A stretch of 64,000 bases of DNA from an uncultured virus (IMG/VR IMGVR_UViG_3300030372_004155) (Duplodnaviria; Heunggongvirae; Uroviricota; Caudoviricetes), in the IMG/VR virus record IMGVR_UViG_3300030372_004155. One strand, written 5' to 3'. Made by a program: the position numbers and the translations under genes. The notes below the pieces were generated by a model. It saw only the letters and a program-made list of their open reading frames with translations, ran no database searches and was not told the DNA's origin. The first letter of the stretch is position 1. Every line of letters starts with the position of its first letter. Shown here piece by piece: positions 8,796 to 20,288 of this stretch.

Positions 8796-8958
8796 TTTTA
8801 TTTTTTCTATCTTGCTCAAGAGAAAGTTGTCGTTCAAACTCATACTTCATAGTAGAAAGATTTTGAGATAAGTATTGTTCCCACTCATTACCTTCTATGA
8901 GATCTTCCAAATGAGCTACATGCTCAAGTGCAAAGACTAATTTAGTTTCAAGATTCAT
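8782..8958 (-). CDS. Hypothetical protein (MNLETKLVFALEHVAHLEDLI...)
   Basis: Helical ORF overlapping both neighbours. Confidence 0.65.
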   Translation of the reverse strand: MNLETKLVFALEHVAHLEDLIEGNEWEQYLSQNLSTMKYEFERQLSLEQDRKNKNVNI

Positions 8959-9445
8959 TCTCATTTGATTCTACAAATTTATATGCTAAAGATATTCTAA
9001 ATCCAGTAAAATACCGATGAGGTGCATCAGCATAATGCATTATCTTCGCTGGAAACAGTATAGCACGATTTGGTTTATATCCAACAATTCTAGTAGGTTC
9101 TTTCCCATCTTCAGAAAAAATTAAATGGCCATTCCAATCTAATTCCCACTTTGGATTTGGGTAATACAAAAAGGTAAAATCACCATCATCAGTATGAGGA
9201 TTTCCTGTTTGACCTGAAGATTGTCCATTAGCATATATTCTTTTAGTTTTATAATTTTTTTCTATTTTATCACAAATGATATTATACAAATAATCATTAA
9301 AATATGATTCTTGTTCCAAATCATTCATATGCCAAAACCAATTATTAGAATTTCCCCCATCAGGAATCCATCTAGGTCTTAATAACAAATTCCAAATTTC
9401 ATTTCTAATTTCTTCACTGAAAAAATCATCATATACATTAATCAT
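8948..9445 (-). CDS. 2OG-Fe(II) oxygenase (prolyl-hydroxylase-like)
   Basis: H-x-D (PHTD), distal His (IMHY), Arg (FRISLA), W..DWNG and PNRAILF. Confidence 0.88.
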   Translation of the reverse strand: MINVYDDFFSEEIRNEIWNLLLRPRWIPDGGNSNNWFWHMNDLEQESYFNDYLYNIICDKIEKNYKTKRIYANGQSSGQTGNPHTDDGDFTFLYYPNPKWELDWNGHLIFSEDGKEPTRIVGYKPNRAILFPAKIMHYADAPHRYFTGFRISLAYKFVESNENES

Positions 9446-9447
9446 TA

Positions 9448-9627
9448 TTATAAAGCAGGTCGTTTTACTTTCTCATCCTTTAATGAAATAATAATACGAT
9501 TATTTTCATAGTCAGCACTAAATTCCAAATCTACATCATGAGGCCACATCATTTCCTCATAGAGTGCATTAAGTCTCTCCATATCCTCATAGAGATCATT
9601 AACATGTTCTTCGGGTTCGTAACTCAT
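9448..9627 (-). CDS. Small acidic hypothetical protein (59 aa, MSYEPEEHVNDLYEDMERLNALYEEMMWPHDVDLEF...)
   Basis: Translated by hand; ATGA overlap with the upstream stop. Confidence 0.7.
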   Translation of the reverse strand: MSYEPEEHVNDLYEDMERLNALYEEMMWPHDVDLEFSADYENNRIIISLKDEKVKRPAL

Positions 9628-10748
9628 CTGATAATTTGAATGTTGTTGTCTTCAGTCCAGAGTTCGACTTTATCTCTGAATCTATTTTCTTGTTTAAGTT
9701 TCTCATATCTCTTGGTTGCTTTACGCTTCCACCAAGAAATAATATTCTCTAAATGAAACTTGTCCCAGTTCTGACCTTTCTTTAATTTATCTTCTTCTCC
9801 AAGTAACACTTCTCTAATGTTAGCATATCCATAATCAGAAATATAAAATCTTTTCTTTTGAGTAAGTCCGAAAGCCATATCTATAACAGCATTAAACTTC
9901 TCTAATTTCTCAGTCTTACCATATTCCTTTAGAGAGTTTTTAGTCCAAGAAATCATCTTGGTCTGACGTTTCATCTTCTTAGAAGATGCTCTGTTTTCTG
10001 TGAGAGGTTCATTACCATTTAGTTTGGTAAAATGATCATGGAGTTTGTGAAACACATCTGCATGGAGCAGAGGGAGGAACTTACTCTCAGTTAAACCTTT
10101 ATACCTCATGAACGGTTTAAGTCCGTCATACTGTGATGCAGAGGTAGTAGAACCATAGAGTGATGTGGTCTCAAATAAACCAATCTCTTTCTCAAACACT
10201 TCATTGAGAGTCTCTCTAGCAAAATGAGAAATACATAAAAGTGCCAAGAGTTTTCCACCAAGATAATTATATCCAAACGGTTGTGATGGAACTATTACAA
10301 ATCCCATAACAGCATGACGATTAAAAATGGAAAGATTAGGTTGATGACCTAACCAAAGATTTCTAGGTTTAGAATTAATAGTAGGAGAACCAAAACGAAT
10401 GAATCCCAATACCTGTTGAGATCTTTTTTCATAGACCATCCAACGAAGTTCTCTACCTGGTATATTACTCTCATTGTTATGTGACGAAACTGCTTGTAGA
10501 AGGTTTACATAATGTTCCTGTGGAAGTGACCTTTGAAATCGTTTGCCAATAAACTTAATATCAAACTCCATCTCATTAGGATGAATATCCTCATTAAAAA
10601 ATTCATCCTTTAATGATGTTAAAGGATTTTCTTCAGCAACTATTTCTCTCTTTACATAACGAAGATAATCTTCAATAGAAGTAAAGTTTTCAAAATAGTC
10701 AATAAATTCATCGGCAGCCCATTCAGCATCAGCTTCAGGAATTATCAT
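9624..10748 (-). CDS. DUF4338 / Druantia DruA-like protein
   Basis: IPGRELRWMV, LGFIRFGSP, VPSQPFGYNYLGGKLLALL and FETTSLYG..SQY, recognised from memory of the DUF4338 family. Confidence 0.65.
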   Translation of the reverse strand: MIIPEADAEWAADEFIDYFENFTSIEDYLRYVKREIVAEENPLTSLKDEFFNEDIHPNEMEFDIKFIGKRFQRSLPQEHYVNLLQAVSSHNNESNIPGRELRWMVYEKRSQQVLGFIRFGSPTINSKPRNLWLGHQPNLSIFNRHAVMGFVIVPSQPFGYNYLGGKLLALLCISHFARETLNEVFEKEIGLFETTSLYGSTTSASQYDGLKPFMRYKGLTESKFLPLLHADVFHKLHDHFTKLNGNEPLTENRASSKKMKRQTKMISWTKNSLKEYGKTEKLEKFNAVIDMAFGLTQKKRFYISDYGYANIREVLLGEEDKLKKGQNWDKFHLENIISWWKRKATKRYEKLKQENRFRDKVELWTEDNNIQIIR

Positions 10749-10929
10749 AATTAAGACTTAATTGAATTGCATTATCAAATTTAAGATAGGTTGGCCCATG
10801 CAAAGCACAATACTCATTAAAAGTAATCATCATTTCTTTGCGTGTTAGATTGCAATGTTTTGCTGCCTGTGGAACATTCCATTTTGCACAGAACAACATC
10901 TCCATTGCCGTTCTAGTTTCTGGCCTCAT
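10735..10929 (-). CDS. Small hypothetical protein, possible HTH
   Basis: WNVPQAAKHCNLTRKEM resembles an HTH; overlapping gene ends. Confidence 0.65.
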   Translation of the reverse strand: MRPETRTAMEMLFCAKWNVPQAAKHCNLTRKEMMITFNEYCALHGPTYLKFDNAIQLSLNYDNS

Positions 10930-11153
10930 AGAGCATCCAAATCTCCGCCATGTCTTGGTTTATGATGCTTCATACCATCATGGTTACCATCATTAGGTAA
11001 CTTACCAGTCATAAGATATTCTACAGTCTCTTTACAACCACGAAGATAATGAAGTTGTTCAGATGTTTTATCTGTTTGTTCTTGTGCTTTAATCTGTGCA
11101 ATTCTCTTAGTAAATCTCTCTAAGAGTTGCTCTAAATTTTCTGTTTGTTTCAT
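10926..11153 (-). CDS. Hypothetical protein
   Basis: ORF with coupled start and stop. Confidence 0.65.
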   Translation of the reverse strand: MKQTENLEQLLERFTKRIAQIKAQEQTDKTSEQLHYLRGCKETVEYLMTGKLPNDGNHDGMKHHKPRHGGDLDAL

Positions 11154-11356
11154 TAGTAAAACCTCCTTTGCTCCCCAAGGGAACCCTCAATTTCAATAAC
11201 TAGCGTATCCATAATACGATTAAAAGATCTTGACATCTGACGATATCCAGATCCAACATAGATCTGTCCTACAAATACTGATGCAGTAGCAAGGCCCCAA
11301 AAAATATAATAAAATTTAGACTTGACTTGTGCTTTTTGTTTTTCTTTAGTAATCAT
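11153..11356 (-). CDS. Small membrane protein (MITKEKQKAQVKSKFYYIFWGLATASVFVGQIYVG...)
   Basis: Single hydrophobic segment; start lies just after the gp44 stop. Confidence 0.65.
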   Translation of the reverse strand: MITKEKQKAQVKSKFYYIFWGLATASVFVGQIYVGSGYRQMSRSFNRIMDTLVIEIEGSLGEQRRFY

Positions 11357-11363
11357 TTTGTTT

Positions 11364-12305
11364 TTATTTAAATTCACACTCCACCATTATCTCAGTGAGA
11401 CATGCAAGCATATTTATTTCTTGGTCTGCGACGAATGCCATTTGATATTGATACTTAGCAATAACAAGAACAGCAGCAGGTATAGTAGTCGGAACCAAGG
11501 ATTCGTAAAGACTATCATAAATCCTACGAAATAGGACAGAAGTATCATTGTCCATATTATTGTTGACCCACTTACGTACTTCAGGAAAGTTTTTTGTTTT
11601 AAGGTTTTTAATAAGATCATCTACAGCAACATCAGAAAAAGCAGCAAGAATACCAGAATCTATTTCTCCACCAACAGAATATCTCTGACACTCATTTAAG
11701 ATTCTTCTCCAATCAGGAAAATGTTTATTAATTAATTCTACTAATACCTTCTTGTCAAAATTAATTCTTTCGGTATCTAAAATATCATTAAGTCTCTTAA
11801 AAAAAGCAGCAGCAATTACTGGTTTATCTTTCTTTGTAATAGAAAAATCAATAACTGCACACCTAGAATGCAAAGGTTCAATTATTTTGTTTTTGTAGTT
11901 GCATGTGAAAATGAATCTACAATTATTTGAGAATTCTTCAATAGAAGCTCTAAGTAGGAGTTGTACATCCGATGTTGTGTTATCTGCCTCGTCAATGATG
12001 ATGACCTTGTGCTTCGCCTCCGAAGACAACGATACAGTAGATGCAAAGTTTTTTGCGTTGTTTCGTACTGTGTCGAGGAATCTTCCCTCATCGGATCCGT
12101 TAATGACATAGAAGTCTACTCCTAATTCGTTACAGAGTGCCTTAGCTACTGTGGTCTTGCCCACACCAGGAGGACCAGCAAGTAACATATTAGGTATTTC
12201 TCCTTTATTTAGAAAATCATTAAATGTTTTCTTTATGTTATCTGGTAAGATACATTCTTCAATTATTTTGGGTCTGTATTTTTCAACCCATATAAAGTTA
12301 CTCAC
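11364..12305 (-). CDS. gp44: Clamp loader large subunit (gp44), AAA+
   Basis: WVEKYRP, GPPGVGKTT, IIIDEAD and LHSRC; GTG start. Confidence 0.97.
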   Translation of the reverse strand: MSNFIWVEKYRPKIIEECILPDNIKKTFNDFLNKGEIPNMLLAGPPGVGKTTVAKALCNELGVDFYVINGSDEGRFLDTVRNNAKNFASTVSLSSEAKHKVIIIDEADNTTSDVQLLLRASIEEFSNNCRFIFTCNYKNKIIEPLHSRCAVIDFSITKKDKPVIAAAFFKRLNDILDTERINFDKKVLVELINKHFPDWRRILNECQRYSVGGEIDSGILAAFSDVAVDDLIKNLKTKNFPEVRKWVNNNMDNDTSVLFRRIYDSLYESLVPTTIPAAVLVIAKYQYQMAFVADQEINMLACLTEIMVECEFK

Positions 12306-12373
12306 TTTTTAAATACTCCTAAAGAGATAAGAATTGTCATAGTAATGACCGTCCAAAGAATAATGTACCACAT
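12302..12373 (-). CDS. Tiny hydrophobic peptide (23 aa, MWYIILWTVITMTILISLGVFKK)
   Basis: Translated by hand. It is a single TM helix, and its stop overlaps the gp44 GTG start. Confidence 0.5.
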   Translation of the reverse strand: MWYIILWTVITMTILISLGVFKK

Positions 12374-12376
12374 AAT

Positions 12377-12556
12377 TTATTTTTTAGTTGTATTGCTACG
12401 AGTTCTATTAATGATAGAGATAAACTTATCACCAGCAAAGGTACCACCAAGGCACACATCAATCTCATCACCATCTTTCCAGTTGGGTTCACCATTCATT
12501 TTGGTGTGAGTCATTGCTAATTGAATTTTCTCAATTACTTCTTGTGTTAGTCTCAT
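12377..12556 (-). CDS. Small hypothetical protein (59 aa, MRLTQEVIEKIQLAMTHTKMNGEPNWKDGDEIDV...)
   Basis: Translated by hand; TAATG overlap with the gp45 stop. W..GDEI.V is reminiscent of AbrB/SpoVT folds. Confidence 0.7.
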   Translation of the reverse strand: MRLTQEVIEKIQLAMTHTKMNGEPNWKDGDEIDVCLGGTFAGDKFISIINRTRSNTTKK

Positions 12557-13245
12557 TATGCAAATGTAGAATCAGGTTCAATTGCAATATAATACTTAAG
12601 TTCAAAACTAGTATTAGTAAATCTAGATAATAACTTAGAAGAAACTACTACATCATAAGCACCAGGAATAATTTTAATATTTTCTACCTTAAAGTTAAAA
12701 ATAAACTCTTTATCCGTCTCACCTACTTTAATAGAATATTCATTAGAAGTATCATTTTTCTTATCACGAACTACCAATTTAATAACACCAGCATTTCCTA
12801 CTACACAAAAATCAGGAAGTTGATATACTGCTGCAGCTTTCAATAGTTTATCTAATGAAGAACTATCCAATTGGAAATGAACATCCTCAGATGGTAAAGT
12901 AATTTCCTTTTCAGGTGGAGAAATAATTACCGCAGGATCAGCATAAAAATACTTAACCTTTCTTCTTCCTTCACGAATAGTTAAATAAGATGCTTCACTA
13001 AAATCCATCTCAGGATCTTGATGCAAACTCAATCCATTTAAGAATTGATTTAAGTCATAGATTGCAAAATCACGTGGAAACTCTTCTGGACTAATATCTG
13101 CTTCTGCAAGAATATTCTTAGCAACAGAAATAGTGCGAAGTTTATTTCCCTTCTTTACCAGAATAGAATTATTAATTCCAGCAAAGTTTTTCAAAATGGT
13201 CAAAGTGTTATCAGATAACTTCATTGTTGTAGGTTTCAGTTTCAT
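12556..13245 (-). CDS. gp45: Sliding clamp (gp45)
   Basis: MKLS..T..ILKNFA.IN.SI, FAIYDLNQFL and YYIAIEPDS. Confidence 0.96.
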   Translation of the reverse strand: MKLKPTTMKLSDNTLTILKNFAGINNSILVKKGNKLRTISVAKNILAEADISPEEFPRDFAIYDLNQFLNGLSLHQDPEMDFSEASYLTIREGRRKVKYFYADPAVIISPPEKEITLPSEDVHFQLDSSSLDKLLKAAAVYQLPDFCVVGNAGVIKLVVRDKKNDTSNEYSIKVGETDKEFIFNFKVENIKIIPGAYDVVVSSKLLSRFTNTSFELKYYIAIEPDSTFA

Positions 13246-13247
13246 TA

Positions 13248-15623
<2,376 letters not shown>

Positions 15624-15636
15624 GGTGTAGTGTTTT

Positions 15637-15696
15637 TATTTATGAACATAGTATAGCAATAAAAAAGAGGGTATATACCCTCTAGTGGACACTTTA
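15637..15696 (-). promoter_or_regulatory. Composite element: TAAAGTGTCCACT box, palindrome or terminator, extended -10 (TGCTATACT) and late core ATAAATA
   Basis: Perfect 18-bp palindrome AGAGGGTATATACCCTCT (15666-15683) followed by a T run; TATACT at 15650-15655; ATAAATA at 15637-15643. Confidence 0.65.
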
Positions 15697-15697
15697 A

Positions 15698-16234
15698 TTA
15701 TTGGATCCAATCTGGCTGTCTGGATGGGTCACGAAGATAATTAGATGCAGCCCAAGGTTTGCTCCTAATGTAATTTTTGTAAGCAGTAAAAGTGTCAATG
15801 CTTGTGTCATGTTTATACTCATCAGGCATCGCACGAGTGAATGATTCTACCATACAATAGCATGTAATTACTTCTCCTGCAAATTTGTGAAATGTTTTCT
15901 TTGCCTCAAACAAGGCATCAGCACATCCATGTATCTTACCATAGCGATGAGTATACTCACCAGATAAAGCACACCCATGTTGAATTAACCATGCTGTATT
16001 GTAAATACTTGCTGCTGCCCATTGAGTACATGGGTGATTACGGAATGCACCTTTCTGTGTCTTGAAAGGTTCTCCATCTTTCTTCTTAACTAAGTCATCA
16101 CCCCAGTCATAATACCAGTGTGAGAAGACAATAGAGAGCATTTGACATGTCTCTAAAGGCATCTTGACCACATGTTTATCAGGCAATGCTTTTGCCGATA
16201 CATGTGGATCAGGATGGGTTACAAAAATATTCAT
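15698..16234 (-). CDS. Pyrimidine-dimer DNA glycosylase / DenV-related protein
   Basis: MNIF...DP..SA..LPDKHVVKMPLETCQMLS, NHPCT.W, L..EYT.RYGK.H and F..AMPDEYK. Confidence 0.75.
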   Translation of the reverse strand: MNIFVTHPDPHVSAKALPDKHVVKMPLETCQMLSIVFSHWYYDWGDDLVKKKDGEPFKTQKGAFRNHPCTQWAAASIYNTAWLIQHGCALSGEYTHRYGKIHGCADALFEAKKTFHKFAGEVITCYCMVESFTRAMPDEYKHDTSIDTFTAYKNYIRSKPWAASNYLRDPSRQPDWIQ

Positions 16235-16241
16235 ACTAATA

Positions 16242-18392
16242 TTATACCACTAATTCTATAAATTCGCCAAGTATTTTTTTATTCATTCTCTTAGTCTTAA
16301 GACTCTTTACAAAAGCTCTTTTGATTTGTGCTTTAGTAGCATCTTGTTGAACCTCAAACTCATCATCATTAGCAAGTGCAGTTGCTGACAATCCAAAGTA
16401 AGAATGATAACCAGAATTCTTAATTGTAAATGATCTATCCTTTTTCCATCTCTTCATTATTATGTCATATGTATTATCTTCATATCCAGCATAGTGTCTG
16501 ATAAATTGACCAGCATCTCTATTAGCAAGAACTCGTATTCCAATAAAATTTGTAGTGAGGAAAGTTTGTCGTAAATCTTGTAATAATACGTCAGTAACAT
16601 CTGCCCAGTGTCCCAACCCTTCACATGAATAAGTATGACCTGTTTTACGATTACGGAATATACATCTATCATGAACATACTTAGTTCCCATAAATGGTTC
16701 ATGCTCCCAATCACGCTGACATTCTTTACTATACTGTAACGGTGCAGATTCACCATCAGTAAGAATTACACACTGAACTTTTTCTATATTATTCTCATCT
16801 TTAAACTTAGGAAGAATTTGATGAAGAGAAATAAGTGCTTCATTCAATGGAGTACCAGAAAGATTCATTCCAATAGGAATATGATATTGAGTATGAATTC
16901 CATAACCAAATGCACAAGCTACTCTAAAAATACTCTTCATTTGCACTTCTAATTCTTTAGTCCTAGTTTTGCTAGTGAATAAATTCATCATAGAAAAACA
17001 TTCTGGAACAAAAGCTAAACCTTCTTTCTTTTCATATGCAAGTCTATGAAATGTATCTTCTACTGGAGGATGCTCATTAGTGAAAGCATAAACTTCAAAT
17101 GGAATATTAACTTTTTTACAGAACCATAATAGATTATAAAGTTGCTTAAGAGTATCAAGCATAACCTCATTCATTGAACCAGACCAATCAAGAACAAATA
17201 CTAATCCATGATTCTTACCTTCAGCAAGAGTAGTTACTTTCTTAAATAGATCCTCATTATACTTGTAAGTATATAACTTAGAAGTATCTAAAACACCTGT
17301 TTTTGCAGTGGTGGCCCGTGCATATGAACTTGCTGCTTTCTTACATTCAAACTCTTTAACTAGGTAATTAACTTCTTTCTGAGCACTTCTTTTAAACTCT
17401 ACAAACTTACTATCAACTTCTTCATAAATGTCACGATACTTAAAATTTCTATCCTCCAACATTTTCTTATGGTCATTCTCTTGCCCAATCCATTCTGCAG
17501 CAAGATTTTTATGTATTACTTCATTATCAATAATTATTTTGTTTAAATTTAACTTAGGTAATTCAACATAGGTATTTTCAAGATTATTTTGAGTATTAGT
17601 AAGATCTTTAAGAGCATCTGCTAATGAATCAGCAGTCTCTACTTCTGGTTCATCTAAAGAAGAGCCAGCACCATCCATCCCAATATTATCAGCATCGCCA
17701 CCACTCCCACCTTCCATAGAAGCATCACCAGTAGACTCAGGAACGGTAAAATCACTATCGTCACCACTATCATCAGGGATATTCCCGCCCCCTTCAAGAT
17801 CCATTCCAGAATTGAGTTCAATTTCTTCTTCCTGCTTGTTCTCAAGCTCTTCCTTGCAGAAATTATATAACGCTTCTGCTGCGGATAAGGTTTCATCAAA
17901 CGTTTCTGCATTTCTAATTAAATTGATAATTGGAGTTTCAGTAATTGAAAAAGATATATCATTCCACGCACCAATCTTGAAATATAAATTAACCCTATCG
18001 GCAAGATTAAAATTAGTAAGATCTTTACCATCTATGTCAAAGAAATCTTGATCATTGAGTTCATTATAACCGTTATAGAAACATTTGGCAAGTCCTGCAT
18101 ATCTTCTCTTCATCAACTTCTCAATTCTTACATCCTCTACAATGTTCACAAAGTTGGGAGGAATCTGTATTTCCTTGTACCAATTTCTATCAGGTGTATA
18201 AAGTGCATGTCCTACCTCATGTGCCACCAATGCATCATATACATTATTACTTGCTCTATCCCATTTAGGAAGAGTTAGAACACGAGTATGCACATTAAAT
18301 GCTGCTGTTTCAACTACTTTATGCTCTACTATAAGGTCTTCTGTTGCAAGAAGTTTAGCAAGTTGTGATTTGATTTCGTGCTTGACTTTCAT
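16242..18392 (-). CDS. CobT-like protein: N-terminal HEXXH metallopeptidase-like domain, acidic linker, vWA domain
   Basis: HEVGH plus NIVEDVRIE; D/G/S-rich linker; MIDAS motif DWSGSM, GTPL and ILTDGE. Confidence 0.85.
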   Translation of the reverse strand: MKVKHEIKSQLAKLLATEDLIVEHKVVETAAFNVHTRVLTLPKWDRASNNVYDALVAHEVGHALYTPDRNWYKEIQIPPNFVNIVEDVRIEKLMKRRYAGLAKCFYNGYNELNDQDFFDIDGKDLTNFNLADRVNLYFKIGAWNDISFSITETPIINLIRNAETFDETLSAAEALYNFCKEELENKQEEEIELNSGMDLEGGGNIPDDSGDDSDFTVPESTGDASMEGGSGGDADNIGMDGAGSSLDEPEVETADSLADALKDLTNTQNNLENTYVELPKLNLNKIIIDNEVIHKNLAAEWIGQENDHKKMLEDRNFKYRDIYEEVDSKFVEFKRSAQKEVNYLVKEFECKKAASSYARATTAKTGVLDTSKLYTYKYNEDLFKKVTTLAEGKNHGLVFVLDWSGSMNEVMLDTLKQLYNLLWFCKKVNIPFEVYAFTNEHPPVEDTFHRLAYEKKEGLAFVPECFSMMNLFTSKTRTKELEVQMKSIFRVACAFGYGIHTQYHIPIGMNLSGTPLNEALISLHQILPKFKDENNIEKVQCVILTDGESAPLQYSKECQRDWEHEPFMGTKYVHDRCIFRNRKTGHTYSCEGLGHWADVTDVLLQDLRQTFLTTNFIGIRVLANRDAGQFIRHYAGYEDNTYDIIMKRWKKDRSFTIKNSGYHSYFGLSATALANDDEFEVQQDATKAQIKRAFVKSLKTKRMNKKILGEFIELVV

Positions 18393-18561
18393 GTGTGCCT
18401 TTGATTATGAATCCATTATACGACGAAACCCCACGCTTGGTGGGGTTCAGTAGACGGTTTATCAACTGTCTGCGTTTGGCTCTTGCAGACCGCAATGCCT
18501 GTGGTTTAAGTTTTCGTTTGGCCTCCTTCTTGGAGTGGTGTTGCCAGTTTGGAGTGGTCAT
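18355..18561 (-). CDS. Small basic hypothetical protein (MTTPNWQHHSKKEAKRKLKPQALRSAR...)
   Basis: ATGA overlap with the gp46 stop; Arg/Lys-rich; the 3' part overlaps a promoter element. Confidence 0.65.
   Translation of the reverse strand: MTTPNWQHHSKKEAKRKLKPQALRSARAKRRQLINRLLNPTKRGVSSYNGFIIKGTHESQARNQITTC
18415..18461 (-). promoter_or_regulatory. TAAACCGTCTACT box, hairpin and -10 TATAAT upstream of the vWA gene
   Basis: Inverted repeat AACCCCAC-caagc-GTGGGGTT (18427-18447) and TATAAT at 18415-18420; same spacing as the element at 15650-15696. Confidence 0.65.
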
Positions 18562-20288
18562 GATTCCTGAGTCTGGGTAGATATTATACGAGAAAACCCT
18601 TTGACTTTACCAAAAGTTGTGACACTTTCAAATTTGTCATGTAGATCCGTTTTATGGGATATAACAAAAATGTTAGCACCCTTTATTATATATCTAATGA
18701 TCTTAAGAAATTCTTCTGTTCCAAAACCATCAAGGGAACTATCAAACACCTCATCCATGATAAGAAGATTTGTATTCACAGAATTCTTTACCCTAGCCAC
18801 TTCTCTCCATGTGAAGAGTAATGCTAAGTCAATCCTCATCTTCTCACCCTCACTGAATGAGGAATATGAGAAGTCTTCGTGAATCGGTGATTTTACCGTT
18901 TCATTAAACTCTTCATCCAATGTGAAATTGATATAGAAATCCATCAACTGAAGATAACGATTTACCTGTTGATTAATGAATGGTAGATACTTCTTGATTA
19001 TTTTTGTCTTTACTCCATCATCCTTTAAGAGAGAATAAGCAAAATCATAATACGTTATATGCTCTCTTTTAGAAGATAAATCTGTAATTGTTTTTTGGAG
19101 ATTTTCTTTAAACTCAGCTAACTTCTCATGCTCAGTATTTCTGTTTTTAATTCGTTCGGTAATTGTTTGAACTTCATCTTCAAGGTCTCGGATTTGTCTT
19201 TGGCTAAGACCGATACGAGTATTGTTTTGAGAAATGTCATGGTTGAGTTTTGTAATCTCCTTTGATAATTTGGTGAAGTGACGTTCTCTCTCCGATTCTA
19301 ACTTTATAGTCTCTTCCAGATCTTTATAATCCTTCTTGAGCTCCTTTGCTTTATCTTGAACGTCGGTAATTCTATTTACACGAAACTCTTCTTCTATGTT
19401 CTGACTACATGTAGGACATACCGTATTATCTGTGAAAAACTTATGCTCTTTGGTAATCGTAGATACTTTCTGAGTGATTTTACCTTTAAGATTGTTTAGT
19501 TTCTTTAACTTTTCAGAAGCACCAGTAACCTTTTCTTGCTCCTTTATAAGATCTGAAATATCTGCTTCCAACATTTGATTCTTCTGCATATGTGTATCAG
19601 ATTCAAGTGCCAAGGTGACAATTTTAGCTTTACTAGATTTAATATTATTTTTACCCTGCTCTTCTATTTCTCCAATAAAATTTTCTTGCATAGAAATTTT
19701 ATCTTTAAGATTATCCTTTTTAAGATTTAAAGTTTTAGTTTGCTCTTTCTTTTCTCTAAGTCTATCTCTAAGCAATCCATTCATAGCAGAGAAAATACGA
19801 ATATCTAAAAGATCTTCAATCACATCTCTCCGATTAGCACCAGTCAATTGCATAAAAGGCACAAAGGTACTACTACCCAAGATCACAATTTGAGTAAAAG
19901 ATTTATAATTTACTTTTAATATAGTTTCTTCTAGTATTTTTTGATTAGTACGATCATCAGCTTGTTTATGAAGTGGATTCCCATTCACTTCAATATCAAA
20001 TATATTTGGTTTTATTCCTCTTCTAACCAAATACTCCCTATTATTAATTTCAAATTCTATCTCAACTAAACATTCCTTTTCATTAACGGTATTAACTAAT
20101 TGACTTTTATTAATTTTACGAAATGGTTTATTAAATAAAGCAAACGTAAGTGCATCCAACATAGTAGATTTTCCAGCACCGTTTGTTCCTACTACTAGGT
20201 TAGTGTGATATTTTTGGAAATCTATCTCTGTCCAATGCTGACCTGAACTTATAAAGTTTTTATATTTAATTTTCTTGAAGGTTATCAT
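18558..20288 (-). CDS. gp46: gp46 recombination endonuclease ATPase subunit (Rad50/SbcC-like)
   Basis: GTNGAGKST, zinc hook CPTC, FSEGEK and LIMDEVFD. Confidence 0.97.
   Translation of the reverse strand: MITFKKIKYKNFISSGQHWTEIDFQKYHTNLVVGTNGAGKSTMLDALTFALFNKPFRKINKSQLVNTVNEKECLVEIEFEINNREYLVRRGIKPNIFDIEVNGNPLHKQADDRTNQKILEETILKVNYKSFTQIVILGSSTFVPFMQLTGANRRDVIEDLLDIRIFSAMNGLLRDRLREKKEQTKTLNLKKDNLKDKISMQENFIGEIEEQGKNNIKSSKAKIVTLALESDTHMQKNQMLEADISDLIKEQEKVTGASEKLKKLNNLKGKITQKVSTITKEHKFFTDNTVCPTCSQNIEEEFRVNRITDVQDKAKELKKDYKDLEETIKLESERERHFTKLSKEITKLNHDISQNNTRIGLSQRQIRDLEDEVQTITERIKNRNTEHEKLAEFKENLQKTITDLSSKREHITYYDFAYSLLKDDGVKTKIIKKYLPFINQQVNRYLQLMDFYINFTLDEEFNETVKSPIHEDFSYSSFSEGEKMRIDLALLFTWREVARVKNSVNTNLLIMDEVFDSSLDGFGTEEFLKIIRYIIKGANIFVISHKTDLHDKFESVTTFGKVKGFSRIISTQTQES

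Noticed and set aside
9624..10748. Complete Druantia defence system
   Set aside because: Only a DruA-like ORF is present, with no DruE helicase or DruB-D. The nearby helicases are ordinary UvsW and gp41.
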